DNA of 64,000 nucleotides from an uncultured Verrucomicrobiae bacterium (GTDB lineage Bacteria; Chlamydiota; Chlamydiia; Chlamydiales; Rhabdochlamydiaceae): NCBI GenBank assembly GCA_963806855.1, contig CAWDYW010000001.1, positions 704,001 to 768,000 of the forward strand, read 5' to 3'. Shown piece by piece: positions 47,157 to 59,400 of this stretch (position 1 is its first letter; each line of letters starts with the position of its first letter). The notes under the pieces were generated by a model. It saw only the letters and a program-made list of their open reading frames with translations, ran no database searches and was not told where the DNA came from. The position numbers and the translations under genes were made by a program.

Positions 47157-48170
47157 ATGAGTATTAATTCTATTAAGCCTTGGATGCAACAAAATCAGGG
47201 AACTATTGCGGCCGTCGCGGTGGGGGCGCCGCTCGCTATCGAAGCGGGCTTAATGGTAAAAAATATATTGAATAATCCTAGGTTTCCACTTGAGAAGATT
47301 GCCGAATTTAAAAATCGACTCATCCAAGCTTTTACTCCTCAAAAAGATGAGACACTCGAGCAAACGATCCTGAAGATCTCAAAAAATGTCTTTCTGTTGA
47401 TCGCGTTTTTAGCCATGTCAGCAGCCACTCTCTATGGGGCGATCTATTTTCTCCCAATGGCCGCCGCCATTCCGTTGGCTCTGACTACGATCTTCTATGT
47501 TGGAAAAGCGATTGCTGCGGCACCCGAATTTTTTAAACAATTTTCTATTCAGCCAGGAGAGGACGTTTTTGAGGCTCGCAAACGGATCGCGAAATTGGTG
47601 ATCAAAGTGTCGGTCATTGGACTCTTAGGGCTTGCAGGTCTCGGACTCGCAGGCTACGTGGTCTATCCAATCATCACCGAAGGATTCAGATGGACCATTT
47701 CCCTCCCATTTCAAACCAAACCGGTGGTCTTTTTAGAGTATGCCTTTGTCGGCCTCATCCATTTGGGGTTGGCGATTCACCATTACATCAAAGGGGACAA
47801 GCAAACTTGCCTCTTCCATCTTTTTGCATCGGCGATGTCGATTATTTTTCCTCTCTACTATTGGAACCATGAGATGCGCATTCACCACTCCTTCCTTGGG
47901 CTGATTTTAATGGCTCTCCCATTCCGGACGATGAAATGGATCGGCTCTGCGATCACATTCGATTCTTCGATGTATATGTTTATGCAAAATCGCAGCAACT
48001 TTGACTTCATGAATATTCTCTGGGGAAATTTCCCGCTCTTTGTCGGGACCGAAAGTGCGGCAATTCTCGCAGAAGGGATCAACGATCAGTGGGAGAAGGA
48101 GTCAAAACCGTCACCTTGCCCGAGGTTAGATCATAATAACCTCCGACAACAGCAAACTTCTTCTTCTTAA
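47157..48170 (+). CDS. Hypothetical multi-pass membrane protein
   Basis: 337-aa ORF with about 7-8 hydrophobic segments. Confidence 0.72.
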   Translation: MSINSIKPWMQQNQGTIAAVAVGAPLAIEAGLMVKNILNNPRFPLEKIAEFKNRLIQAFTPQKDETLEQTILKISKNVFLLIAFLAMSAATLYGAIYFLPMAAAIPLALTTIFYVGKAIAAAPEFFKQFSIQPGEDVFEARKRIAKLVIKVSVIGLLGLAGLGLAGYVVYPIITEGFRWTISLPFQTKPVVFLEYAFVGLIHLGLAIHHYIKGDKQTCLFHLFASAMSIIFPLYYWNHEMRIHHSFLGLILMALPFRTMKWIGSAITFDSSMYMFMQNRSNFDFMNILWGNFPLFVGTESAAILAEGINDQWEKESKPSPCPRLDHNNLRQQQTSSS

Positions 48171-48696
48171 TGTAATCGGCCAGCACAGGACTTTTCTCAA
48201 GCTGAGCGACCACATTTTTCACATTGGCTTTGACAGCATTTTCTAAAGTCATATTGGGCTTGATCCCAGGAGCAATTAACTCTGCGACCGATTCAATATC
48301 TTTAGTCTTCCCATGTTGAACCGCATCGACCGCTCCACAATTCTCATGCCCAAGCACGAAGAGGAACGTAGAACCAAGATAGATGACCGAATATTCGATA
48401 CTGTCCAATTCAATTGGGCCGACAATATTGCCTGCTACGCGGACGATGAAAAGATCGCCAACCCCTTGGTCAAAGAGAATCTCAGGAGGGACGCGCGAAT
48501 CTGAACATCCCAAGATCGTGGCAAACGGATTTTGGCCGGCTACAGTCTGAGCTCTTCGCTCTTGATCACGATCTGGATGCAGGAGCTCACCTTTGACGTA
48601 ACGCTGGTTGCCTTGCATGAGCCGCTTAAAACTATCAGCAGGTGAAGCCGTAAGCGCTGTAGAGAAAAAGAGGAGAGCAAAGATCAAATTCTTCAT
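48079..48696 (-). CDS. Beta-class carbonic anhydrase with signal peptide
   Basis: Motifs GCSDSRVPPE, VRVAGN and LGHENCGAV. Confidence 0.93.
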   Translation of the reverse strand: MKNLIFALLFFSTALTASPADSFKRLMQGNQRYVKGELLHPDRDQERRAQTVAGQNPFATILGCSDSRVPPEILFDQGVGDLFIVRVAGNIVGPIELDSIEYSVIYLGSTFLFVLGHENCGAVDAVQHGKTKDIESVAELIAPGIKPNMTLENAVKANVKNVVAQLEKSPVLADYIKKKKFAVVGGYYDLTSGKVTVLTPSPTDR

Positions 48697-48757
48697 GATT
48701 TTGAAAATAATAATTTGAATGATTCAATGTCAATAGGAAATAGGATATCCTTGAGAC

Positions 48758-49597
48758 ATGAAGATAGAAAAAGGGATTTATGCGGCGGCCCTGACACCTT
48801 TGCAGTCTGATTTTCAGTGTGATGTGGAAGCGCTGGCCGAGCATTGTCTGGATCTGATTAGCAGAGGATGCAAAGGGGTCGTTTTATTCGGGACAACTGG
48901 GGAGGGGTGCTCCTTCTCACTCGAGGAAAAAAAGAGAGTCATCGAGCAGGTGATTGCAAAAGGGGTTGATCCAAAAAAGATCATCGTCGCCAATGGCTCC
49001 TCCTGTCTTCCCGATACGATCGAGCTCGCTCTAACGGCTTTAAAGCATGGCTGTTTGGCCTATCTCATCGCGCCTCCCAGCTTCTTTAAGAATGTGACGG
49101 AAGAGGGAGTCCTCGCCTTTTACAGAAAAGTGCTAAAACGGGTCCCCGAGTTGCCGATTCTCCTCTACCACATCCCTCAGTTCAGCGGAGTTCCTTTATC
49201 TATTAACCAGGTGAAAACCCTCTGCAGAGAATTTCCGAATATTATTGGCCTGAAGGAGAGCGAGGGAAATCTCCCATTCACCAAGGCGATTTTAGAAAGT
49301 GTCCCTGATGCCCAAGTCTTCGTCGGGTCCGAAAAGCAGATCCCCGAGGCGGTCCGCTATGGAGCTTCCGGGTCAATCTGCGGGATGGCCAATCTGTGGC
49401 CGGAGCTGATTTGCGAACTCTATAAGACAGGCGACCTCACTGAATTGGAGAAGGTGAGCAAGCCGATCGAGCATCTGCCCTTTATTCCCTGCTTCAAAGC
49501 CATTCTGGCCTCGAAGAAAGGGGAGCATTGGCGAGACGTGGTCCCTCCGCTGGCTAAATTAATTTCTCAAGACTCTTTTTCAGGGCAGGATCGATGA
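48758..49597 (+). CDS. Dihydrodipicolinate synthase (DapA)-family aldolase
   Basis: Motifs FGTTGEG, LYHIPQFSG and GLKESEG. Confidence 0.88.
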   Translation: MKIEKGIYAAALTPLQSDFQCDVEALAEHCLDLISRGCKGVVLFGTTGEGCSFSLEEKKRVIEQVIAKGVDPKKIIVANGSSCLPDTIELALTALKHGCLAYLIAPPSFFKNVTEEGVLAFYRKVLKRVPELPILLYHIPQFSGVPLSINQVKTLCREFPNIIGLKESEGNLPFTKAILESVPDAQVFVGSEKQIPEAVRYGASGSICGMANLWPELICELYKTGDLTELEKVSKPIEHLPFIPCFKAILASKKGEHWRDVVPPLAKLISQDSFSGQDR

Positions 49598-49853
49598 TCT
49601 TAAGGGCATTTGAGCCTCGGGTGATTTGAGAGATGCTGACGCCAAATTGCTCGGCGATTTCACGCTGAGTCAATTTCCCTTCTTGCAAGGCTTTGACGAT
49701 TAGAAAACGTCTGCCGAGCGTTTCTTTCTCTTCAATCGTCAAGAATAGATCGAAAAACCGTTTAAACTCTTCGGGCGATTTGATTTTAGAGCAGAGTGTC
49801 AAAAATCCCCACCAAGCCTCTTCATCGTTCTCGCGCTTCACAGATGCTCCCAT
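49554..49853 (-). CDS. trpR: Trp operon repressor family protein
   Basis: Motifs FLTIEEKETLGRR and TQREIAEQFGVSISQITRGSNALK. Confidence 0.9.
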   Translation of the reverse strand: MGASVKRENDEEAWWGFLTLCSKIKSPEEFKRFFDLFLTIEEKETLGRRFLIVKALQEGKLTQREIAEQFGVSISQITRGSNALKIIDPALKKSLEKLI

Positions 49854-50416
49854 AGGGCAAATCCAAAATGACGGAGCAATTGGTCGACTGTGTTGATCGG
49901 AAGTCCTTTGACATTGTAGTAGCAGCCGTCGATTTTTTTGACGATCAGCCCGCCGCTCATCTGAATCGCATAGCCACCCGCTTTATCTGCCCAGGGGATC
50001 TGAGCTAAATAGTGGTCAATCTGCTGTGGGGTTAGCTCATTGAAAAGGACACGGGTCTCTTCCACTTGTGAGACCACTTTATCCTGATTGAGGATGGTGA
50101 CGCCGGTGTAGACCGAGTGCCACTGACCAGCGAGCTCAACGAGATTTTGAAAAGCTTCTTCTTTATCCTTAGGCTTATTATAGACCTTCCCATTGCGAAA
50201 GACGACCGTATCGGCAGTCAGAATCACCGAGTCGGGGAATTTGGCCAGCAGCGCCTGGGCTTTGCCTTGGGATAGCGTGCGCACATACTCCTCCGGATCG
50301 CCATTAAAGGGGACCGCTTCCTCATCGAAAGAGGGGGGCGCCTGGGTAAAGGGAATGGAAAAAAACTCTAATATTTCTTTCCGCCTGGGAGACTGTGAGC
50401 CTAAAATAAGTTTCAT
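49838..50416 (-). CDS. maf: Maf family nucleoside triphosphate pyrophosphatase
   Basis: Motifs LILGSQSPRRKEIL, LTADTVV, DKAGGYAIQ and NVKGLP. Confidence 0.95.
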   Translation of the reverse strand: MKLILGSQSPRRKEILEFFSIPFTQAPPSFDEEAVPFNGDPEEYVRTLSQGKAQALLAKFPDSVILTADTVVFRNGKVYNKPKDKEEAFQNLVELAGQWHSVYTGVTILNQDKVVSQVEETRVLFNELTPQQIDHYLAQIPWADKAGGYAIQMSGGLIVKKIDGCYYNVKGLPINTVDQLLRHFGFALWEHL

Positions 50417-50471
50417 ATAATTAGTATTTTAAGTGTTTCTGGAATAAAATTCAAGTTCAACGAAAGGGTGT

Positions 50472-53400
50472 TTAGACTTCTTTTCTGTGTTCTTCAGCTT
50501 CGAGCCGAACGAAAAGTTTGTACAATGAGCTGACTGGGTAGTGTTGCTGGCTGTAGCCTTTATTTGTGAGGATTCTTCGCTCAAAAAGTTGCTGCATGGG
50601 TTCATATCCGTACTCACGGATCCACCGCTCCAGGCGGGGGAGTTCTTCGGGTGTGTAGTGGATTCTGCCGTCGAAGAACTTCGCCTGGACTCTCAGTCTG
50701 ATGAACTGATCGTTTTGCTCTAGCGCGGTCAAATCAACTGGCTCGGGACTTTGAGTCACTACTCCAGAACCGAGGTTGACGAGGGCGATCTTGAGGTCGC
50801 CGGCTGGTTGTTTGGGCAGCTCATTTTGGAGCTGTGTTGCCGTATCCTGGCCGACGAGAGCGAGTCTGACTGTGCGACCGTCATCGATCACGGCGATATT
50901 GCTGGCGTAATCCTGGTAGGCATTCCAGGGGGTGTAGGGGGGCTGCTTTTCGCTCGTCCGTTTATAGAGTGGGGCCAAGTTGAGGTCGATCAGGAGGCCA
51001 TCGTCAAAAGGGCTGTTTTCGACGATGTCGGCGATTTTGAGCATTTGGTTAGGAGGCATAGCTTTCTCAGTTATTGTATTTAAAGCTACAGGCTGCCAGG
51101 TCTTCGCTTGGAGCAGTTCGTTCTCGGGCAATTTAAGGACAGGAAGCGACTCATCGAAGAGGGGAGATTGAACTTCGGTCTGCATCTCTTTTTGCTGCTG
51201 TTTTTGCTGCTCTTGTTGGCGGTTTGCTTCCAGCATTTTTTGTGTTTGGGTTTCGATCTGCACTTCGCGGTTGTTTCGATCCCCGATGGGGGTTTGTAGG
51301 GTAGGGGGCATTTTTTCGTAAAAGGTGTCAGCGATAGCGTATAGCTCTTGCTTCAGTGTTTCTACGGAGTACTTGGCTGTCAGCAGTGGATGGATTGAAA
51401 AGGCCTGAAAGGGCTCGCTATCAATCAGCTGCTTAATATTCTCTCGGACAACGATTTCTGCAGGTGCCTCTGTTGGTGTTTTGCCAAGAAGATCCCATGG
51501 GTTGTCCGGCTCTTCGACGACGAAGAGTTTCGCTGTAGCTTGGAAAAGGGTACGGAGGTCCTTGCCTTTGGCCCCAGATATTGCACCAAAGACTTTGTCG
51601 ATGAGGTGGGCTCGCAGCGATTCGCTAAGGGCGCGGGGGATGTCAGTACGCAATCGTTCTTTCTCGAGAGAAACAGCATAAACAAAGAAGTGTTCGAGTT
51701 GGAGCTCATCCCCGATGTCGATGTCAAAATCTCTCTTAAGCGTGGCTCCGATTACCTGTTTATCTTCTTCGCTCACCACAAAGCGCACTTTTTGACCTGA
51801 AGCCAGACCGCGCAACCGCCAGACCGCTTGCAGTCCATCGCGCATCAGGGTTTGTCTTCCTATCGAGACGATTGCCTCTTCAAGGGGGTGAAGCTTCCAG
51901 TCTACCCCTGTGCAGTACTTTTGCGCCCAGTATCCAGCTACATCATCGCGACCCATTCCCGCAGTAGCGAGGGGGACAGGGGTCTCGGCTCCGCGGCGCA
52001 GGACCATTTCCCGCCCCTCTTCATCGTGGAACATGATCCCTTTGTAGCGGGTCGCCTCAAACTGTGGCAGCGAGATGATCGCTTTGGCAACATCGATGTT
52101 GGCGTCGTAGCGGAAGACTCCGGCGAGATCTGCGAATGATCCCGGTTCTTCATAGAGGCTGGCGATCCGCTCATTGAGGGGGGCCCCTTTTGGGGGTGTT
52201 GCAAGGGTCCGAATGATCTGGGGACTATTTTCCCAGAGCAGGGCAAGGGTCCGGGGCTGGGTGTCGGAGGGGATGAACTTGTGGAATAGCTGCGGGAATG
52301 TCTCCCTGTTCCATACTGTTCCGCTATAGGCTTTGACGGTCTTAAACAAATAGGCAACCATCTGGGCCGATAGGCCGAGCTGTTTCGCATAGCGCTTTAC
52401 CTGTGGCAGAACATGCCGCTCGATTAGCTCAAGCTTAAGCTCGGGGTGCTCGTTAATATGTTTTGCCATCTTTTCCCGCTCGCCGGGGCTAGAGTTTCCT
52501 TGAGCTTATAAGAATGGTCGTTTCCATTAAGTCGATAGAAGGTCTTGTATGACTCTAGATCTTCGATGGAGCCGACAAACCCTTCCTTTTCTTTATCTAG
52601 AATGTCTTTGAGAGCTGCTGTCTCTCTATCGATAATCTCGTGGCTGATCGGCTGGGCTAGATGCATGATGAGGGTGTAATCGAGAATCTCTGTCACGGTG
52701 CCGTGTAGAGCCCGCTTAGCCGGATTGTCGCTGCCATGATAGGGAATCGCGATGAAGTCCATGTCGGGCTGATCAGAGCGCCACTCAGTGGGCAACGGGC
52801 CGAAGTTCTCTCCCAGAATTTTGTTCATCACTAAGGGAAATAGGGAAGAGAGTTGTTCTTTGAAGCTGGCGAGGAGGTTTCGGATTCTAGGATTGTGGAT
52901 TTCTGCGACGAAGGCGTATGAGGGGTCGATGCGCCCTTGGCGATAATCTTCAACGGCAGCTCTTTCTTTCTGTGACAGACTCGCTAGCAAGGCGTCGGCT
53001 GGTTGTCCATCGACGACGTAGGCGGCAAGGGTTTTTCGCTCGCCGGACTTAAGTCTACTGAAGAGTGTGATCAAGGCTTCTGGACGTGGGGGTTTCGCAT
53101 TAAGATAGGCACTCACCAGAGAGCGACCGGTCTCGTCCAGACCGGCCAAAAAGTTTTGTAGCGCCCGATCGTCGGTGCACACTTTGCCGGCGACGACAGC
53201 ATCGATGAGCGCCTGTTTGGCATGCTGCTGGTAGTTGTCCTCTGAAAAGGGGATGGGGCTTTTGCTGTCGGTAAAAGGCCAGCGGATCAGGTCGCGGAGC
53301 GATGGGTTGGTGGCGATCACGTGGAAGAGCGATAGTGAGGCCCTCTCGAGGTCCTTGTGCATCCGCTCGCGATCGCCCAGTGTGAAGAGGTGGGCCCGCA

Positions 53401-56400
53401 GGACATCGAGCAGGAGGTCGACCTCGTCTAGGTTGGCAGCACCTGAAGTGCGTAAGATATCGACGATTTTGCCCATCAGTTCCAGCTGCTCGTCGGTGAT
53501 GGTGTTTCCCTGCAGGCACATTTCGGCAAAGCGCAGCGCGAGGCTTAAGATGCTGCCGCTGCTGATGATCATCACTCTGCGCTCGGTGATGATGGCCTCT
53601 AATCTTTCGAGCATGTGGCGTAGTGCCGGGGCGGAGACGTCGCTATCTCGTCCGAATTTGACCACTTCGACAGCGCGGCGGAAACCTGTTCCAAGCAGTC
53701 GCTCCAGTGTTGCTGACATTGAAGGGAGTAGCACTTCTGGCATCGATACAGCGACCAGCTTCTCTCCATCTGCCGCTTGGATGGCCTGCAGGACGCTGAC
53801 CACCGCAGTTTTACCAAATCCCATGATCGCCTCAAGCAGCACGCCAGTCAGGTGGTCGGTATGGGCACGAAACTCCGTTTCTGGCAGAGCTACTAGCACG
53901 GCCACCTGGTCTTCGCGCAGCCTGAAGGCAGGATCTGCTTTGCTCATGAAATAATCATAGACCAGGTATTCAGGTTTTAATTCGCTGGCGTAGGAGGGAT
54001 GGTAGCGATGGGCTGCTTCGAGCAACTTGCCGATACGGCTGATTTCCATCGGAGGATCGCCTCGCAAGGCGGCCGCATTGAGCGTATCGACCAGTTGCTT
54101 TTGAAATGCCGCCATCCTCTGCAGCCGGCCGATTTTGAGCGCCTCGACTGTCATGTCAAGGAGACGGTGGATTTCATCGGCAGACAGTTGCGGAAGGCGT
54201 CGATGGATCTCTTCTAAATCACGAGTCAGAAGAAGTGAAGTCGCCTCATCGAAGTCGATCGGTTCGAGTGTCTTGCCTCCTAGCTCTTGACGAAGGCGGG
54301 CCCGCAAGAGCGGATCTTCTGGCTCTTTGTTGGCAAGTTCGACGACCCGAACTTGCGCCTGTTCTAGGTCAAACTGTAGAAGTTGAGCAGTATCTTTTAG
54401 TTCTTTACTCCATGACTCTAGCCCTTCTCTCTTTTTGACGGCGAATAGGGTTTCATCCTCGAGGCGCTCCCGAAATGTCCGCACCTCTTGCCTGACCGAC
54501 GCAAATGCACCCTTGCGGTAGGGATCTTGAGTCGTGACTTCGAAGACTTTCTCGAGACGCTGGAGCTCCTGATCGCGGTTTTCTTTATCGGCAGCCAGCA
54601 TTGGACGCGTCTCGATGACATCGGCAAAATTGGGGAGCAACGGCTGACGCAGCTCGACCACTTCAGGCTTTAGCCGTGTGCAGAGCTCAAAGCCCGCATC
54701 ACCAAAGCTGGTCGGTTGGCTCTCTTCGGCAAGAAGGGGCTGCGGGATCGACGCCCGTCCAATCTTTCGCACCTCCTTGCTTTCATCCGGAGATCGGTAA
54801 GGAAGGTCATGCCAAGGATTGATCTTGGTGCCAATATACTTGCGGCCAGAACTAGGCCACGCTGCCGGCTCTAGGAGAACAGAAAGGAGCAATGTCCAGA
54901 GAACTCGGGGGTGGAACTCGTTTGTCCGTACACGATGGGTGCGCAAAGCGGCGATCGCCTCGGCTCTGGCATCTTGCAAGGGCTCGACTCCTGTGAGATA
55001 GATAACTAAATCGCGCAGTCTCTCTGGCGTCGGATAGCGGACCTGCAGGTAGAGGTTGAAAAAATCGAGTGTCACATCGACCCAATCGAGGAATTTATCC
55101 CCCTTTTGCTGTAGCGGCAAATCCCGTACCGTTTCCCCTTCAATAACGACGTCCTTTAGATCCCCACGACGTTTGTACTCTGGGAAGTGATCTTCTCGAA
55201 CCTTTAGGTAATCCCTAGAATACTCTTTCACTTCTCCAATGCCTCCTTGAAGTGATGAATATTCGTCCCCCCATTTAACCATAACTGTGCGATACCAGCC
55301 GCCGCCAGAGTAGGCGGCTCCTTCTGGACGTTGCGAAAGTCTTTTCTCGAGATGGGATGTTTCATAGCTGAGGTTGTGATAGTACATTAATTCATCGCCG
55401 CGCATGTCTCGCGTTTGGACAGACTCGCGCAGCTGCTCGGCATAGGCAGTGAGCAGGCTCATTTTTTCTGGTGTGAGAGTATAGATCCCCATCTGATCGG
55501 CAACTTGTAGATAAGCTAGAAAATCCTTGGCGAACTGGACTTGGCTCCACTGTCTCTCCCATGGGTTGGGAATGTCGATGTCGCCGACCTGCCTGCGAGT
55601 GCCAAAATGCCATGCATCGCGGATCAAGAGATAGTGGGCCTCCATCGCTGCTGCGAGCGAAGGGGGGAGAAATCCTTTGTTTTTTCAGGCATCTTAGTGA
55701 GAGTGATGATGAGCTGCACTTGTTCTTTATCGAGTTTGCCAATTTCAATACCTGGTGCATGCATAAGCCCGATTGCTTGGTTATAATCGCGTTGATGCAG
55801 GTAATAGGATGCAAGGTGAAGAGCACCTGCGGCGTTGAGGGGGATCGGCTCGCCGCTCTCTTCGTCGACTCTGTAACGATAGACAGCCGTATGGGTCCCA
55901 AGGTCTCCTACTGTATCTGTTTCTAAGGTCGGTGCGAGAGGTTTTCCATGCGTTAGCTGCCAACCGGGGATAATGACCTGCTTTTCCACAGTTCCATCAG
56001 GCAGATCCTTGTAGAGGAGCATGCTATTTTTGATCTTTCCAAGTGCAGGGATGAATTGCTGACGACTCCCTGCGGTATCGACGGGTACATACCATCCAGG
56101 AAATCGGGGACAATAGGCACGGCGCTCTCCGTTTACCGTGTAGACGTTAAACTCTAATCCAAGCCGCGGCATGGTGATCTTTTCAATCTGCCCCGAGTCG
56201 CTATGGACCCATGTGGCAATGTAAGTTGGGTTATCTAAAAGCGCAAAGGACTGTGGGGCCTGACCTAGAACGAGCCCCGTGTCAGCTCCTGATTCATCCA
56301 GCTCATGGACCTCCTGAACTTTTTCAGCAGGGATATCTAAACGATAGAGAGGAGCAAGGTTCTGCTTGTCGGTTACTAAAGCTGCGTGCGTCACATCGGT

Positions 56401-59400
56401 GTCGAGCCACAATGTCCCCGATTCCTTGACAAGATTTATGCCGGTAGCATTGCCGGCAGAGGTCCCATATCCCCAAGGTCGGTACTGAAGAAAAGTTTCC
56501 CCTCGTTGCCAGTGCACCTCTTTGATCCAGAAGTTGTCGTCGCAGAGAATAAACAGTTCTCCTTGTGGGGCGCTGCACCGAAACTGGCCGGGAACACCTT
56601 CTGACCAGAGCAGGCCATGGACCGACGTCAACGATTCGATCGGTTCCTGCCGCAATATGTATAGGGTAGAGCGCGCGGAAGACCATTTCGAAACCAAACG
56701 TGTCCACTCAGCAGATTGACCTCGACCTCGCCCGCCTCATCGACAAACAGATGGGCGCTGTCTTTGCTTCTGTGGAAGGGTCGCTCCGTGAAGCCAGGTA
56801 TAACGCGGCCAATCGCCCGAGAAAGCACGTGATCATCCTTGTCTGGAAGAGCTTGATGCAATAGGCCTGCCAAGCTTTTAGGAAGATTGCTGAATCGCTC
56901 CTGTTGCTCGACACTCCATAAGGGATTCCGCGTGGTTAAGGGATGCATATCAAAAAGCAAAAGCCCCATGATGATATCGTCGATTTCTTCCGGCTCCAAA
57001 CTTTTCTCTTCGGCATAGGACATTGCCAAATCGGCTGCAAATCGAGAGCGCTGTTCTGTCGAGATGTCTTGGGCTATTAGCTGCCGCCACCGAGCACGTG
57101 CATCGAGAAAACCTGTATCTGAACCAATAATCTCGGCTGCAACTCGGGAAATCGTGTCGTAGAGCTTCAGCACCTCGGCTGCATTTGCGAATTCTCCTAG
57201 TGCATCTTTAAGCCGGTAGTGCTCATCGAACATCGTCGACAGAGTCCTGAGGGTTGCCTCGGCGGCTGCAGGGTTGCTACGGAGATGATTCTCGAGCAAT
57301 CCTGGCTCGAGCAAAAGTTTGCCCAGTAGTTGGCGGGTGTCAGGGCGATCGAGCAGCTCACGGTTTTCGTTGAAAAGGGCCAGCGTTTCGGCAATTTGCA
57401 GGCTCTTCACCGAGCTGCATCCTTCCAGCCGCCTGGCTAACTGCGCTGGAATCTTGAGCTTGGCTACCTCTTCGCGATAGAGCACCCTCTCGGTAGGGGG
57501 AATGCGCTTACGTAACTGGCCCATCAGCTTGGATCCACCTCTCTCAATGTAGAGCGCTTGCCGATCCTCTTCAACTTGTGGCAAAGTTCCCCTTTGAACA
57601 CCGCTCAGATCGCTTGGCATGGATTGAATCGAGACGTCCTTGATTAAAGGGAAGTGCCAGCGACTTTTATATTTGAACTCCAATCGAGGCGGAGTCCTTT
57701 CCTTTTCATTGGCTGGTAGATCGGACACGACGAGCTTAGGGCGAGCTCCATCGAAAAAATGGTCGGGAGGAGATCTGAGAAGGTTATCATCTTTATAACC
57801 TGCATTCAGCATTCCCAAATCTTTGCTAAGCTCATGAAGAATGGAAAATCCTTTAGGGAGATAGAGGTTTGGGTTAGCAAGAAGATGGCATGTCTGATAT
57901 CTCGTACTTCTCCCAGCAAATGCTTCCCTTGGCCGATTAGGGTTTTGCTCAATCCATTCGCCGACCCATTGAAATGCTCGCCAAGGAGAATTTAGCCTAT
58001 CTCCCCGATCGTGACCCATATTGGGGGTCCAGCTTCCTTCGTCGTAGCTCGGTTCGGCTCCATATTCAATCCCTTGCCAATCCATTCCAGGAACGAAGTT
58101 TTCGGTAAAGAAAAAGGAAGGGCCTGCGGGATCTTCATCTTTGCGCCGCTGTAGCCAATAATTTTGTAGTTGAACAAACTGCCTTTGCCATGAAGTGCTG
58201 GTCAATTCAGAGTTTGGCATGCTGTTTTGCAGAAAGAGCCGATGTGCCGGCAGCAGTAGGTGGTCGAGTGTTACCCGTTCTTCGGGTGGAAGCTGCTGCA
58301 CAAGAATATCAGCCAGAGTCAATACCTTGAGTAGCGCCATCGTGTCGACGCTTCTCATCGCCCCAGATCCAGGCGCCAGAACCCCCTGAGTGAAAAGCCA
58401 GTTTTCATTAACCAAGACATCGAGTAAGCGATCAGCATCCTCAGGACTGATCTCTGACCAAAAAGGAATCGGTTCTGAGGGATCAGCTGGAAGGTCGAGC
58501 GGCAACCTGTCGATTAACTCAGATAAGAAGATTTTGGACTCTCCGAGCCGCATCCGTTTGTCATCTTCGGTCCCGACAATGCGGCCGCCGATGTCGGCAA
58601 CGACAGAGCTGATATGCTGGGCGATAGATGCGGGGGAGGGAATATAGCCTCGGATCGTCAAAATGAGCTGATCGACATCCGATTCCGCTACTTTGGACCG
58701 CTGTCCAAATTTCATCGGAGCGGGCAACTTGGGGGCAGTATAGAAATCTAAGTCTCTTCCCATCACCTTGGCCGGCACACTCATATTCACTTGTGGTCTT
58801 ATGGCTCGCTGTGATTCCATGTCTGCTCTATCGGCAGCGTTGATCGAGCGTTGGACCTGATCGAGAAGATCTTGAATATAGAGCCGTTCTGCGTCGGAGA
58901 ACACCATGGCCGATGCGCCGGTGATGTCATGGGAAATCTGCTGGAGTCCCATTCTGAGAAGCTCTCTGCTCTCCTTCTGCTCGACAAGCTTATCGCGGAA
59001 CGTCCCATACATGTGCTGGAGCGCTTTTACCCTAGTCAGCATCGTAAATCGATCGTAACGGCCAGTGTGATGCAGATGCTGGTGATAGATCGCCTCCAAA
59101 CTTGTCCGGGTACAGTGACCAACTGACAGCAGCCTTTGAGTTTGATCATCCGAGTAAGCGCTGGTGCTATGCCACCCCTCCAACATCGGCATGATCTTCT
59201 CATACATCTCTTGCGGCCCGACCTTATCGCCATACTCTCCTCGTTCAAGAGCTGCCAAAGAGCCGAGAAATGCAGGACACGCAATCATTTCCGGATCGAC
59301 ATTTTTCCATTCGAGAAATGTAAGATAAGCAGCAGGGCCCTTTTCGGCCTTGGCATGCCTTTCAAGCCCTTCACCTTGGTTGTATACCCTGACGGCATAG

